Assembly: GCA_964016885.1 (NCBI GenBank)
Contig: OZ024743.1
Location: 71,424,001 to 71,488,000 of the forward strand
Direction of reading: 5' to 3'
DNA length: 64,000 nt
Origin: Eledone cirrhosa
Taxonomy: Eukaryota
Under the pieces are notes generated by a model. It was given only the letters and a program-made list of their open reading frames with translations, was not told where the DNA came from and did not search any database. A program made the translations under genes and the position numbers. This document shows, one piece after another, positions 1 through 13,299 of the stretch (the first letter of the stretch is position 1; every line of letters begins with the position of its first letter).

Positions 1-124
1 TGCATGGCCTCAACTAGTCGAAAGGAACTCACAACTCAGTAATATTACCAAATATTGATAAAGGTATTTTCTCATCATTGGGTGAGATTAGAATTAGTAG
101 TTTTTCTCATTATAGTAATAAGCA

Positions 125-525
125 GGGCTGTGGGCTGACACTATCGTGGCATAAAGTTATTGCCCTTTACATTCTGATTTCAAATTCTACCCAGGTTAGC
201 TTTGCCTTTGATATTAACATGGTCAATAAAATAAAGTACCAGTAACGCACTGGAGTCGATTTAAACAACTGTCCCCTTCCCCCAAATGTTTGGCCTTGTG
301 CGTAAATCAGAAACCATTATTTTGTGGCATATGAGGGCAGTGTATTGGCAGCATCGGTAGAGCATCGAACAACATGCTTTTCGGCATAGAGTTACGCCCC
401 TGCTAGCTTTGCCGTTGATACTAATGGGCTCGATAAAATAAAACATCAGAGACCCATAGGGGTCGATTTAATCGACGGTTCCTTTCCCAAAAATTGTTGC
501 CTTATGCCTAAATAAGAAACCATCA
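125..525 (+). mobile_element. Two decayed copies of the same SINE family
   Basis: aaaataaagtaccagt and ggccttgtgc motifs as at 13300-14280. Confidence 0.7.
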
Positions 526-792
526 TAGTAAGTTTTTAATAACGTTTTCACAGACTAAATACAATCCATGATCCCCACAAATGCGTTCATTTCAAAAGGT
601 ATTCTGTATGAAATTCTGAACCCATATTTCAGTGACTTATTAAGTTTAATTCGCTACCATTTATAATAAAAGATAAATTTAATTTTAATAGGAAATTTGA
701 CCTCGAATTTTAATTCGGAAAATCTGCACAAATGGATGCTAGTGTGAACTAAGTGTAAACTTTTCATCAAAGTATTAAACATTCTTATCAGC

Positions 793-1000
793 AGAAACTT
801 CTGGTGCCCTTGGCCCTAGGACCACCTCCCTACTCACCACCATCAGCAGGAGTTGGCTACCAGCAGGTGTGAGCCACGCGAGCTGGAATGGCTCTTCCAA
901 TGCGTCTCCCTCACCATCCTCCGGGAAAATTCCTTCTCTATTCTGTCCACCAGGACGGTATTGCGGCCAGCGCGTGGGCACATATTTGCTTATAATAGTG
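793..1000 (+). mobile_element. 3' fragment of a CRE-clade (RLE) non-LTR retrotransposon
   Basis: Encodes ...RCEPRELEWLFQCVSLTILRENSFSIL; homologous to 9960-10295 and 24334-24540. Confidence 0.65.
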
Positions 1001-1405
1001 AGAGATGGGAAGAGCAGGAGAGACGGAGGAAGAAACTGTGGGAGTTTGGTTCCTTTGTGTTCGGACCTGGTGTATATGTATATATTTATTTAACACACCA
1101 CAAAGACCGTCAAACACTTTTAGTTTCCATGAACTAAATAAATTTGCCATTGAGACATGTCACATACATTACTTATCCACATTGATGTTTAATGATTTCA
1201 TTCTGTCTATTTGCATATACAGAAAATCATTCTAACTAATTACACCCCTCTCACCCATTTCCACACTGAGCTTTATTAAAATCTCACATTCTTTTTGACT
1301 TTCTCCCTTTGTTACTCTTTCACGTGAAGATTGTGTTTTTCAAATATGGTGACAAACGCTAGATACATACATACAAAACTACATACATATATAAATACAT
1401 ACATA

Positions 1406-1910
1406 TGATGGCTGCAAACCCTGCTAAGAGTATTGCGATCGCTAGTCAGATTATAGAGTTTGCTGCACTTTTAGGCTACGGCCAACCACACGAACCTGTA
1501 ACATATCCTGAACAAGCAATGTCTAAGCTTTGAAGGTTTTTTAAGTGGGGAAAGGATTTGTACTCGACTAATCCCACTCTCTGAGCATCGAAAACACTGC
1601 CCGAAAGGGAGAACGGGTCAACATCATCGGATGCTTCTGAACCACAGGTTTTTTTTTCAGAGTTTCCCTCAACAACTGGGGACCTTTCACTCCCAGGTGG
1701 TAAAAAAGGTACTATTTGGATGGCCGTTGATTCTGTTGAGTTCCTCCGCCCTTTGCCGGGTCTTGTATTTCATCCAGCAGGGTGTCCAAATATCACCCTC
1801 CTCACCAAGCAAGCTTAGTGTGGTTGCCGGTTTAGTCGCCGACGACCCGACCATGAGACAGGTAGTACTGGGTTACATGTTACCAGTAGCACTTGAGAGC
1901 GACCTGATAT
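1406..1910 (-). mobile_element. Non-autonomous RTE-associated element
   Basis: Its end (gatggctgcaaaccctgctaagagtattgc) matches the RTE 3' end at 58457. The aatcccactctctgagc core recurs near 58225, 59385 and inverted near 54635. Confidence 0.5.
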
Positions 1911-1933
1911 ACATACCAACATATATATATATT

Positions 1934-2000
<67 letters not shown>

Positions 2001-2199
2001 TCATACATACATTCATACATACATGCATGCATAAAGAAACAGATCATACAAATATACCAAATCAGAATATAGTAACATATACAAATAATAAGAATGATAT
2101 AACTACTAGAGTAAAGCTAGTGGCTTAGTGGTTAACATGTTTGGTGTGTCATGTCCTTGAGCAAGGTATTTATTTCACGTTATTCACATCCACTCTTCT

Positions 2200-2385
2200 G
2201 CATACTTGCCAACCTCTAAAAACCCAAACGGGGAGTACCATGAAATAAAGTTCCCCAAAGAGAGAAATGTGGCAAAATAGAGAGATTTTACATAATGAAA
2301 GCTATGCCCATTTTCTAAAGAGAAGATATATCTCACACATGGGTGGGAGATCTCCCCGTCGGATGGAGAGAGTTGACAGGTCTGC
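2200..2385. mobile_element. Small MITE inserted into a SINE
   Basis: Imperfect TIR gcatacttgccaac / gttgacaggtctgc; the SINE sequence resumes after it. Confidence 0.5.
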
Positions 2386-3487
2386 AGCTGGCAAAAGTGT
2401 GTTGTACCTGTAATTCATAAGGTCAGCCATGTCAGCTACTGTGGTACGCTGAATCTCACAGAGAATTGCATTAAGTGTACTCGTGTCTGTTGATAGTCCA
2501 CACACTTAACCGTTCATTTCATGAGCTAACTGTTCCGCTGCTCAAACAACATAACACTCATCGTCGAAACCCACGGAGGTCCATTCAATATTCCAGAATG
2601 TGACGAAACAAAAAAAGTAAAGAAAATATGCAGACAGCCACAAAGAAGGTAATACTAAGGATAAAGGGATAGAATGTGATTTGTTTTACAACGGATGTCT
2701 TGGTTCAAATGACAGTTATAAATTTGTCTTGTTTTGTTGGCAATTAATGCCTTCCACCAGTTAACTAAATGGAGATGAAGAATTATTAATGTCTGACTAT
2801 CCAAGTAAACGGAAGTCTGTGGAACATAGACGAAAATAAGATTGGAAACGTGCTGAATTTTAATTTTCTACAATAAATTTAAAGCAACGTCACAGCTACA
2901 ACGATAAATAGCTATAGCTTTAGAAGCAAATATTTGAAAGTATTTCATTGTCTGGAAGAGGCCATTAACAATTTTTTAAAAAAATATATAAATAAACAAA
3001 ATATTCCTATGCAATCGTCTGTCTTTTGTGTAAGATTCAATGGACGACACCTGGCGGCAGAAATTCCTACAAATGTATATTTTGTCAAAACGCTTCAATA
3101 GAAAAAATTGCTTACCGGAATACAAGACTTTAGCTAAATTTTATCTATTATTCATAATTTTCTTCATATTTATTGATTTATTAAAAAATTATAGAAACAG
3201 ATAAAGATTATGAAAAGTGAAGAAATCTCAATTCCAACTGAAAGTTGGTCTGTTGAGAAGATTGACAACTCCTGCTTGTATTGTCTTCTATATATTCCAG
3301 CAGAGAAAATAAAATGTTTCCCTTTTTAAGACAAAGTTTAACTAAATTAATAAGGTTTAGAGAAGGGATGGGCACCAATGAATGATGACACACGACTACT
3401 ACTAAGACTACTACGACTAATACGACTAATATCTTCACCACAACCATGGCGACGACGACGACGACCACCACCACCACCACCACTCCC

Positions 3488-3900
3488 AAAGACCCTTCGG
3501 AAGAAACACATTTCGGTCGCTTGTGTTCGTGATCGTATTCTTTCGGGCATTACCCAAGATTCACGACTATAGGTAAGGGTTGGCAGGAATACCGAATTGA
3601 AGATAGGGAGTTTGGCTTTTACACCCTTCTTTAGATTACCAAATGTTGAATCTGGTACATTACTGCATCAGTTACTGCATTGCTTGCACTTAATTCAGCC
3701 TTCTCCCTTCCATCAGTCGTGAGCACGGACCCGAGATAGTTGAATTTCTCTACCTGCTTTAGTGGAACTCCTTTCACATGTAGAGTGCACTGCGCAGGTT
3801 TCTTTGAGAGGACAAGTGTCTCAGTTTTCGCAGCACTGATTTTCATTCCAGCCATACAGCTCTAGGCATCAAACCTATCACGTGTAAATCGGAGATCACC
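3488..3900 (-). mobile_element. RTE-clade LINE fragment
   Basis: MKISAAKTETLVLSKKPAQCTLHVKGVPLKQVEKFNYLGS (RT C-terminal region); homologous to 29320-30030. Confidence 0.8.
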
Positions 3901-4180
3901 TTATGTTCTTCCACACACTGTTCTTGAATAATGTCTCATGTCTAAAAATAGTACAATGTCACAAATTTGGAGAACTATGTTTTAATCAATCCAAAATATG
4001 ACTGATCTTTCATTATGGAACTCGGAGAAACTAGAGTTATAAGATATTGAATGAAATAACTGCAATTTCGACATTGATATGGTTTCAACTTTGACCCTTT
4101 TGTCACGGGAACAATTTTATCAATGAGAATAATTAAGATAGAAATATATAGCTCTATACACATAAGTATGTAAAGTTTGT

Positions 4181-4508
4181 ATATCGGATAATATACGATA
4201 CGTTTACGTAAAGACAATTGAAAGCTTTTAGCTATGGATTTTTCAAAGATGGTGGCAGGGAGCCGCCTACTGAGTTCCAGCAGAAGCAAGGGAATATTAC
4301 CGACAGCTGTTTCTGGCTTATCAACTGTTGTCAACGTAACGCTCCCTCTACCTCGCTTCCTAGCCGATAAGCCCGAAACAGCTGTCACTAACATCCCCAT
4401 TGCCTCTGCCGGAACTCGCTAGGTGGTGCTCTGTCACCACGTTTTTAAAATTCATAGCTAAGGGCTTTCAAATGTTTATTCGTAAATATATCGTATAGTA
4501 TCCGATAT
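4181..4508. repeat. Older diverged fold-back element
   Basis: atatcggataatatacgata ... tatcgtatagtatccgatat; symmetry can be followed to the centre with many mismatches. Confidence 0.75.
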
Positions 4509-5379
4509 ATAAGATGTTGAATTGATAAGGAAAGTAACCACGTTGATGATAAGGATGATGCTTATGTTTGTGAATAAGAGAGATAAGATTTAAATAACAG
4601 CTGAACCAAGAGAAACTGTGTTAATCTAAACAACAAAACTAGTGAGAGCCAACTAATTTGAAATGAAGATCCTCTCTTGTGCGATCCACATGTTCAATTT
4701 AGAGATTATAACCCCATAATTCCTTCATCTCAATCAACTCAAACATATATTGTGTAAGAAGAAAGGAAAAACTATACGAAAATACAATAGGAAGTACCTA
4801 TTCAATGCTACCAATCTTATATAGCTAGAACTATAATATATCATATATAGAAACACTTTTCTTTGCTGATGAGGCTACTGGGAGAAGAAATATCTAAGAG
4901 TAGAAATATCAATACCCTAGGAGTAGATTAGAGAAGAATTATTATATTAAGATATACGTGTATATATTGCATAGAATGAAGTTGAATATGATAAATTTTG
5001 TGATATTATTTTCTTTAAACTAAATCCTAAAATCTATTCTATAAGCATTCAAAGAAAGCTCGGATTGTTTTGCAGTAATAGAGAATATATTCCCACAGAG
5101 AATATATTATTTAATACGACATATTGCTTACGTAATTTTGCTCGTGAATTAAATATATCTTCTACATAGTCAACTTATTTATAGTAGCTAGTGATTATTA
5201 TATAAACATCGATATCTCAGAGAGACAGCATGCATAATGAAGTTGATTGAAACGGTGATCGATCATTTGATTATTAGAGCTGCATTTTGTCTGTCAAGGT
5301 TATATCCATAAATAATTTGAGAGCAAGATTGGAAATTCTTACTTGTATTATATTATTTGTTATGCTTCTTACTTCGTAG

Positions 5380-5517
5380 GTATATTGGAAAGTTCGAATA
5401 ATGAGACGGAAATTGTGGACTCATGGTTCTATGAAAACATCACGAAAAATGAATTGGAATTGTTCCCCATGGAAATTGAGTCGCTGGCCAACGTAACTCG
5501 CAAGGACATGAAAAGAG
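5380..5517 (+). CDS. Internal coding exon, probably of an ionotropic glutamate receptor-like gene (N-terminal domain start)
   Basis: Acceptor ...ttcttacttcgtAG| at 5379 and donor G|GTACGA at 5518. Open frame (G)ILESSNNETEIVDSWFYENITKNELELFPMEIESLANVTRKDMKR with N-glycosylation sequons. Phase 1 end joins the 22077 exon in frame (G|TG = Val). Confidence 0.6.
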
Positions 5518-5559
5518 GTACGACTATTTTAATACATTTACCCTTTTCTACTTAACCTA

Positions 5560-5642
<83 letters not shown>

Positions 5643-5781
5643 CATATATGTAGAAGATGTATTTAATTTGTTGGAATTCCGCAAACATACATGTTTATAA
5701 CTGATATAGAGCACTCAACAGATACTGGAGTAAGTATTCCAAGATATTAATAAATGGAAACTATATTTATAAAGCCATATT

Positions 5782-5845
5782 TATTTTATTATATATATTT
5801 CAAGGGCGACCAAGCCACCTTGGTGCGCTTTCATCAGATAAAATA
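5782..5845 (-). ncRNA. Minimal type I hammerhead ribozyme (mirror copy)
   Basis: Reverse complement of 5982-6045. Confidence 0.8.
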
Positions 5846-5981
5846 CAACATTTGTTTAATAATTAACGACATACCCATGGAAATCAACATTAACGGTCGG
5901 AAATTCGCTGGATATCCAGCGAATTTCCGACCGTTAAGGTTGATTTCCATGGGTATGTCGTTATTTATAAAACAAATTTTG

Positions 5982-6045
5982 TATTTTATCTGATGAAAGC
6001 GCACCAAGGTGGCTTGGTCGCCCTTGAAATATATATAATAAAATA
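5982..6045 (+). ncRNA. Minimal type I hammerhead ribozyme
   Basis: TATTTTAT-CTGATGA-aag[accaag/cttggt]ctt-GAAA-TATATA-TA-ATAAAATA: 8 bp stem I, intact core, palindromic stem III. Confidence 0.8.
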
Positions 6046-6136
6046 AATATGATTTTATAAATATAGTTTCCATTTATTAATATCTTGGTATATATATACA
6101 TATATATCCTTATATCCTCACAGTGATTTTGCCTTA

Positions 6137-6196
<60 letters not shown>

Positions 6197-6319
6197 TTAT
6201 ATATATAAATAAATATTCATTTTATTAAGGTTAAATAGTGAGTCTTTTTACTCTGGAGTTTAGCTTGTTTATCCTTAATAAAATGTATTCAGCTCTTTCC
6301 CTCAGCCGTCAATCAAATA

Positions 6320-6419
<100 letters not shown>

Positions 6420-6797
6420 TACTTCACATATAATTCACATAGTCAACTGTCTCTTCCAAATTCCGTCTCAACTGCTGATGTCCCTGCAGTCCTCCGTCCT
6501 GCGTTTATACTTTTTTTTATTTTCGTTTTGCTTTGTTTCCACTCGTTGCCTAGTCCCCTCTTTGTTAATTATCTTAATATATATATATATATATATTATT
6601 CAAAATATTAACAAATGAAGATATTCACATAATCAAAATATATGCTTTATTATATATATTTTGAAGGTACTGTGTTGTTTTTTCAGTACGTCTTCAATTT
6701 CAATTCCTGTATTGGCAGACTTGATATTTCAATTCCTGCCAATACAGGAATTGAAATATCAAGACCGTAGAGGTATGTTATATATCAAATCATATAT

Positions 6798-6857
6798 TTT
6801 ATCTGACGAGGAGGTACTGAAAAAACAACACAGTACCTTCGAAATATATATAATAAA
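6798..6857 (+). ncRNA. Minimal type I hammerhead ribozyme
   Basis: TTTAT-CTGACGA-ggaggtactg...cagtaccttc-GAAA-TATATA-TA-ATAAA; 10 bp stem II. Confidence 0.82.
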
Positions 6858-7002
6858 GCATATATTTTGATTATGTGAATATCTTCATTTGTTAATATTT
6901 TGAATACTATAAAAAACTCCAGGATAACCTTTTTGTTGAGTGCTTTTAATCTATTGTAAAACTGTATTCATTGAGTAATCAATGAACCATATTAATATTT
7001 GG

Positions 7003-7060
<58 letters not shown>

Positions 7061-7087
7061 CCAAATATTAATATGGTTCATTGATTA

Positions 7088-7160
<73 letters not shown>

Positions 7161-7413
7161 TGGATTCGCAATCGAAAGATTGTGAGTTCGATTCCCGGAC
7201 CGCGTCATACCATATGTCCTTGAGCAAGACACTTTTTCACGTTGCTCCTTCTACCTCGAGTTGCGACTGGTAAATAGTATTAGCAATTGGAAAGACCAAC
7301 GGAAACATTGTTTCCTCGCTTCGATTTGACGAAAGTCGATCGACTGTCGATATATATATATATAAATAAAATAATGGGCGGCTGGACTATTGTAAATCCT
7401 TGAAAGGTTTATT

Positions 7414-7471
7414 ATACTATGATCATTTCCATGACCGGGTTCCGTATGAATCCGGTGATATCATCAGGTAT
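7414..7471 (-). ncRNA. Minimal type I hammerhead ribozyme (mirror copy)
   Basis: Reverse-complement partner of 7779-7836 with the core intact. Confidence 0.75.
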
Positions 7472-7483
7472 TTGAAATTTAAC

Positions 7484-7578
<95 letters not shown>

Positions 7579-7636
7579 TAATTTATTAAATTTTCATTGA
7601 GCCACATAGTGACCCGTTGCAAAACACGTATATGTA

Positions 7637-7763
<127 letters not shown>

Positions 7764-7778
7764 TTTGTTAAATTTCGA

Positions 7779-7836
7779 ATACCTGATGATATCACCGGTT
7801 TCATACGGAACCCGGTCATGGAAATGATCATAGTAT
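7779..7836 (+). ncRNA. Minimal type I hammerhead ribozyme
   Basis: ATAC-CTGATGA-tatcaccgg...ccggtcatg-GAAA-TGATCA-TA-GTAT; palindromic TGATCA. Confidence 0.78.
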
Positions 7837-7876
7837 AATAAACCTTTCAAGGATTTACACCAGTCCAGCCGCCCGT

Positions 7877-7909
<33 letters not shown>

Positions 7910-8711
7910 GATTACAATAATCAAAGTTCAGTATAAATCGCCATGCTATATCATTATGATGGATGTCATCCTACTGTGGGTCAATATATGCATATGTTTT
8001 TATATGTCTCTTGTGTTGAAAAGGAGGTCAAGTATGTTATAGATCACTAAATAGTTGCTCCGAAGAATCCAAACCTCGATTTGGAGGAAACAATTGTAAG
8101 CAAATAAATGATTTAAACAGAACTTTGATTATTGTAATCTCTATATAACTGCTCTGTAAAACAACCGATGTTATTACATTGTGTTATTTATTTTACTGGT
8201 AATAAGATAGTAATAAATGACTATCTTCCACTATTTGGGGTTTGTATAAAAAAGATATATAACCACAAAAGGTTTTATTATATACATAACCATAAATAGT
8301 ATCCTTAATACTATATATATATATATATTTTTTTTTATTATTTATTTTATAGAAGGAGCTTCTACAGGACTAGTACTGTTTCATTCAGATGAAATCTTCA
8401 GATTTCATCTGAATGAAACAGTACTAGTCCTGTAGAAGCTCCTTCTATAAAATAAAAAAAATTTACTCTGCCATGTATTGAGTACCTTACTTACTGTGGT
8501 TATCCCCGACTCAACCCGGGACCTACGTATATATATATATATCGACAGTCGATCGAATTTCGTCAAGTCAAAGCGAGGAAACAATGTTTCCGTTGGTCTT
8601 TCCAATTACTAATACTATTTACCAGTCGCAACTCGAGGTAGAAGGAGCAACGTGAAATAAAGTGTCTCGGTCCGGGAATCGAACTCACAATATTACGATT
8701 GCCAATCCAAT

Positions 8712-8797
<86 letters not shown>

Positions 8798-9329
8798 CCA
8801 AATATTAATATGGTTCATTGATTACTCAATGAATACAGTTTTACAATAGATTAAAAGCACTCAACAGCGTGTTATCCTGGAGTTTTTATATGTGTGTGTG
8901 ATGAAAATTGCTGTCCTATAGAAATAAGACACACAACTTCCACTTCATTCTCCTCATCATCCACATATATTAGTACTTCAGTAGAATTGATGGATCTCCG
9001 TTGGTTTAGACGTTGTGTGTTCAAATTGTTCGATCAATGGAACAACTTACTCATGATATTAACGTGTAAGTGGCTGAGCATTCCACAAGCACGTGTACTT
9101 TTATCGTAATTTTCAGAGTTTCCATAGACACATGGATGGCCTTTTGAAATAGAGGAACAGTCTATCCGACAGACATCGAGACATTCAATGTCTACACAAT
9201 TTTACTCAGAAAGCATGGGTTGAACTGAGCCTATGGTAAATGACAAATGTCTTGAAGCCAGGCTGTGTGAATGAACCTCAGACCAAATGATTGCGAAGTA
9301 AAACTCTTAACCATTCGGCCATACTGTGT

Positions 9330-9396
<67 letters not shown>

Positions 9397-9429
9397 CTCC
9401 ACCACCATAACCAATACTGACACTGCCAT

Positions 9430-9842
9430 ATGATCTGGCTAAGATTCCCAAGTGAGACTAGCCAAGTTCTTGGATGTTATCCAACCATCTTGTTCGTAGT
9501 CTACTGGGTCTCCTACCTGTTGATTTTGCCCTTAAAATCTGTCCAGCGATTCTTTCCCGAGACATTCTAACCACATGTCCATAGTATCAGCTGTAATCTC
9601 TCAATTCAGAGAAGTAGTGGCTCTACCTAGATGACTCTCTGATCTCCGAGCTCCGCACTCTATCGAGTAACGTTATTCCAAAGACCTTTCGGAGGAATCC
9701 CATTTCGGCTGCTTGTATTGGTGGTCATATTCGCGATCTTTCGGTCATTACCCAAGATTCATGGCCATAGGTAAGGATTGGCACAAACACCGAATTAAAG
9801 ATAGCGAGTTTGGCTTTTACACCTACCTCTCTTCTGATTACA
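9430..9842 (-). mobile_element. RTE-clade LINE fragment
   Basis: Reverse complement is homologous to about 29540-29940. Confidence 0.75.
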
Positions 9843-9959
9843 GAATACATGCCCAAATATAATAATATAGCAAGAGAGTAATTAGACTAAATTCTAAAGC
9901 TACAATAAGGAAGTTTATTTCTAACATATAGTATATGACGAGAGTAACAATCATCACTC

Positions 9960-10295
9960 TGCTTATCAATATAAGATGTGTAGTATATCCGTATGGTGAA
10001 CAAATGGGGTCCCACGTGCTGGCCTTCCCACAGCCCCGGCGGACAGGATGGAGAAGGCGTTTCTCCGGAGGATGGCAAGGGAGATGCGCTGGAAGAGCCA
10101 TTCCAACTCGCGAGGCTCACACCTGCGGCTGGCCAGCTCAGCACCTATGATGGTGAATAGGGAGGTAACCCTAGGGCCAAGGACACCAGAAGTCTCCACT
10201 GCTAAGGGCTCGACCACGAACCTGTCGGAGAGCGACCGGTACTTGGAGAGTTTGGCCTCCTCAGCTCGACGTGCAGCAGTACCTGGGCTAGATTA
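9960..10295 (-). mobile_element. 3' fragment of a CRE-clade (RLE) non-LTR retrotransposon
   Basis: VEPLAVETSGVLGP...IGAELASRRCEPRELEWLFQRISLAILRRNAFSIL matches the PxxxExxG...QRxSxAxxRGNA terminus of CRE-like ORFs. Confidence 0.7.
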
Positions 10296-10837
10296 ATAGG
10301 CAAATTTATAAACTATTGTAAATAAACCTTGTTTCATACGAACAATACAAAAAAAAAAGATGTGTAGTGAGCTGGGGCATTTATATATTTCACTATTTTA
10401 ACGCAGAGTTGCTGATTCTAATTATTATGGTTCATATTATAGCAAATCGTATATTTTTGATAGACAAACAACATATTTACACATATACATAGGTTGGTGT
10501 ATGGAGACCATATTTTATCTAACTTATCAGAAACTCAAAGATAATTTCGATTCTGAATGATGAAGATAAAGAGTTAACATATCAAAATATTTGTAGTTTT
10601 CTAAAAGGAATATAACTTGGTCTGGCTCCACTGAACTGTAAACACTCGAATCTATGTAATTTCTAAAAACATATCCCTTCCCACATTCTCTGTGCACACA
10701 CAAGCACAGACAAACACGATGTATCTCCCTATATAAATACATACCGTATATATATGCGCATATATATTAAGATGAATACCTATATTTGCATATATCTCCT
10801 TATATATATTATTACTATTTATATATATATATATATA

Positions 10838-10911
<74 letters not shown>

Positions 10912-10930
10912 TATGTGTGTGTATATATAT

Positions 10931-10962
<32 letters not shown>

Positions 10963-11172
10963 CTATATATATATAACAACCTATCTATTTATTATCATCT
11001 ATATTCTTTCCCCTTTTTAAACTCACATACATATACACATACATACATACACGCACACATATACGCTCACATACCATTCCGATGTCTACAATTGCTTGCG
11101 TAGAATATTGTCCGTTATTAAGTGAATGAATAAATATATATTTCATAACAATGAATGTTGATGATGACAATA

Positions 11173-11202
<30 letters not shown>

Positions 11203-11203
<1 letters not shown>

Positions 11204-11392
11204 CTGTTTCTACTATTGGCACAAGGCCAGCAAATACCCAGTACATTACTGGTACTTTATTTTATCGACCCCGTAAGGATGAAAGGCAAAGTTAACCTCG
11301 GCGGGATTTGAACTCAGAATGGCAAGGGCCGTAACTCCATGCGTCAAAGTATGGCGTCCGACCCTCTACCGATACTGCTAATCCACCGCCCG
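11203..11392 (-). mobile_element. tRNA-derived SINE
   Basis: Reverse complement of the 13528 copy, with an (ATT)n tail. Confidence 0.85.
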
Positions 11393-11476
11393 TATAATAA
11401 TAGTAATAATAGCAATAATAGTAATAATAATGATATGAAGAAGAAGAAGAAGAAGAAGAAGAAGAAGAAGAAGAAA

Positions 11477-11510
<34 letters not shown>

Positions 11511-11680
11511 AGAAGAAGAAGAAGAAGAAGAAGAAGAAGAAGAAGAAGAAGAAGAAGAACAACAACAACAACAACAACAACAACAATAACAACAAAAATA
11601 ACAACAACGACAACAACAACCAATGGTGATGATTATGATGATGATTATGATGATGAAGTTGATGGTGATGATGATGACAG
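11393..11680. repeat. Compound trinucleotide microsatellite (AAT, AAG, AAC, ATG)
   Basis: Directly visible. Confidence 0.95.
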
Positions 11681-12867
11681 CAGCGCTGCTGTATGCCGTG
11701 TTGGTAGTCGTAAAATTTCTAGCTTCAGTGAATTCTATGAACGAATACATAAACAGAAAGGAATAGGAAGAATAAGAAAAAAATCTCCTATATATTATTG
11801 TGAATAAGATTTTCTAGGTTTGGGATTCTCAAAGCCTATTACTCTTTGAATTCATGGTATGAATACACATGAAATGAACCCACGACCGTCTTTAAACATT
11901 AATAAAAGATTGTTTTCATACATTTATTATAAATCCTTGTAAGGTTCAATATTGATATACGACATTGGAAGAATTTCCACAGAGAATGCTTCAGTTAAAA
12001 TGCCAAAACTTCGAGTTAGTTATCTCGAAGAGAATTAAGACAAAAGAAAATTATGAAATATTTTGACAAACCTTCAAATAAACCCCTCCACACATCATAC
12101 ACACGCGCGCACGTACACACGTACACAAGTACACACGTAGACACACACACAGTCGCTCACTCATGCATGCACACAGATACATATATACACACACACGCAC
12201 ACACATAGACACACACGCACACATACACACACACACGCGCACGTACACACGTACACACACACACACAAGCACATACACTCGCACACTCATGCATGCACAC
12301 ATACACACATGCACACACGTGCACACAGACACATATACACACACACATGCACACGTACATACACACACACGCACACACATACACGCACAAACACACAAGC
12401 ACATACACTCACATACTCACAAACACACACAGAAATACATGCACACACACATACACACACATACACACACATACACACACATACACACACACAAACAAGC
12501 ACATGCACTCGCACACTCACAAACAAACACACAGAAATACACGCACACACACACATACTCACACATACACGCACACACATACACACACATTCACCAAGAA
12601 AAAGAGTAAAGATTCAAAAAATAAAATTAGTAATTTACTCTATTGGAGTGTGTGAGTAAAATAGACCTCCGTCGGTTTCGACGATGAACGTATCAGTTAT
12701 TCGATCAACAGAACAGCCTGCTTATGAAATTAGTCTGTAAATGGCTGAGCATTCCACAGATACGTGTCCACTTATTGTAATTCTCTGAGATATTTAGCCT
12801 GATACAGTATACAACAAAGCTGACTCTTTGAAATATTAGTATACTTCATCCAACAGGCTTCCAAGTG

Positions 12868-13010
12868 AAGGCGCATGGCTTAGTGGTTAGAGCATTGGGG
12901 TTGCAATCGAAAGGTTGTGAGTTCAATTCTCGGACCGGTTGATGTGTTGTTTCCTTGAGCAAGACACTTTATTTCACGTTGCTCCAGTTTACACAGCTGT
13001 AGAAATGAGA
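12868..13010 (+). mobile_element. Second SINE family (CORE-like domain)
   Basis: ggcgcatggcttagtggttagag, gagttcaattc, ccttgagcaagacactttatttcacgttgctcc; relatives near 2120, 7165, 8640 (minus) and 14315. Confidence 0.7.
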
Positions 13011-13299
13011 TGATAGGACTGCGGTCCCTATCATTAAATCACCCAAGACACCTCCAACGAGATATACCTTGGAGGAGGCCAGCTAAAGCTGCCAAGGTGT
13101 GAGCTGTTACACACGCACAACGGGCTTTGAACCAGTTTCTGTTTGCGCAATTTCCCTCACAAGGCATGGGTCAACCTGACGCTATGGTAGATATCTGATG
13201 CTCTAGATGCCACGCGAAACATGGAACCTAATGCGATCTTCTTAACCATTCGGCCATGCTACATCCACGGTTGCAATTAGTAAGGTATAATCGAATCAA

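Larger units (their letters stand above)
5739..6088. repeat. 350 bp spacer-less palindrome (Penelope-like fold-back)
   Basis: Symmetry centre gctggatatccagc at 5913/5914; arms differ at only scattered positions. Confidence 0.95.

Noticed and set aside
4861-4935. CTGATGA motif
   Set aside because: No GAAA positioned after a closing stem II; at most a truncated hammerhead 5' half.
5238-5300. Possible signal-peptide exon MKLIETVIDHLIIRAAFCLS
   Set aside because: The only nearby donor is phase 2, incompatible with the phase-1 exon at 5380.
5754-6073. Near-identical 79 aa ORFs on both strands
   Set aside because: A consequence of the palindrome; no recognisable domain.
11292-11750. Poly-K, poly-S and poly-F ORFs
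   Set aside because: Compound trinucleotide microsatellite.
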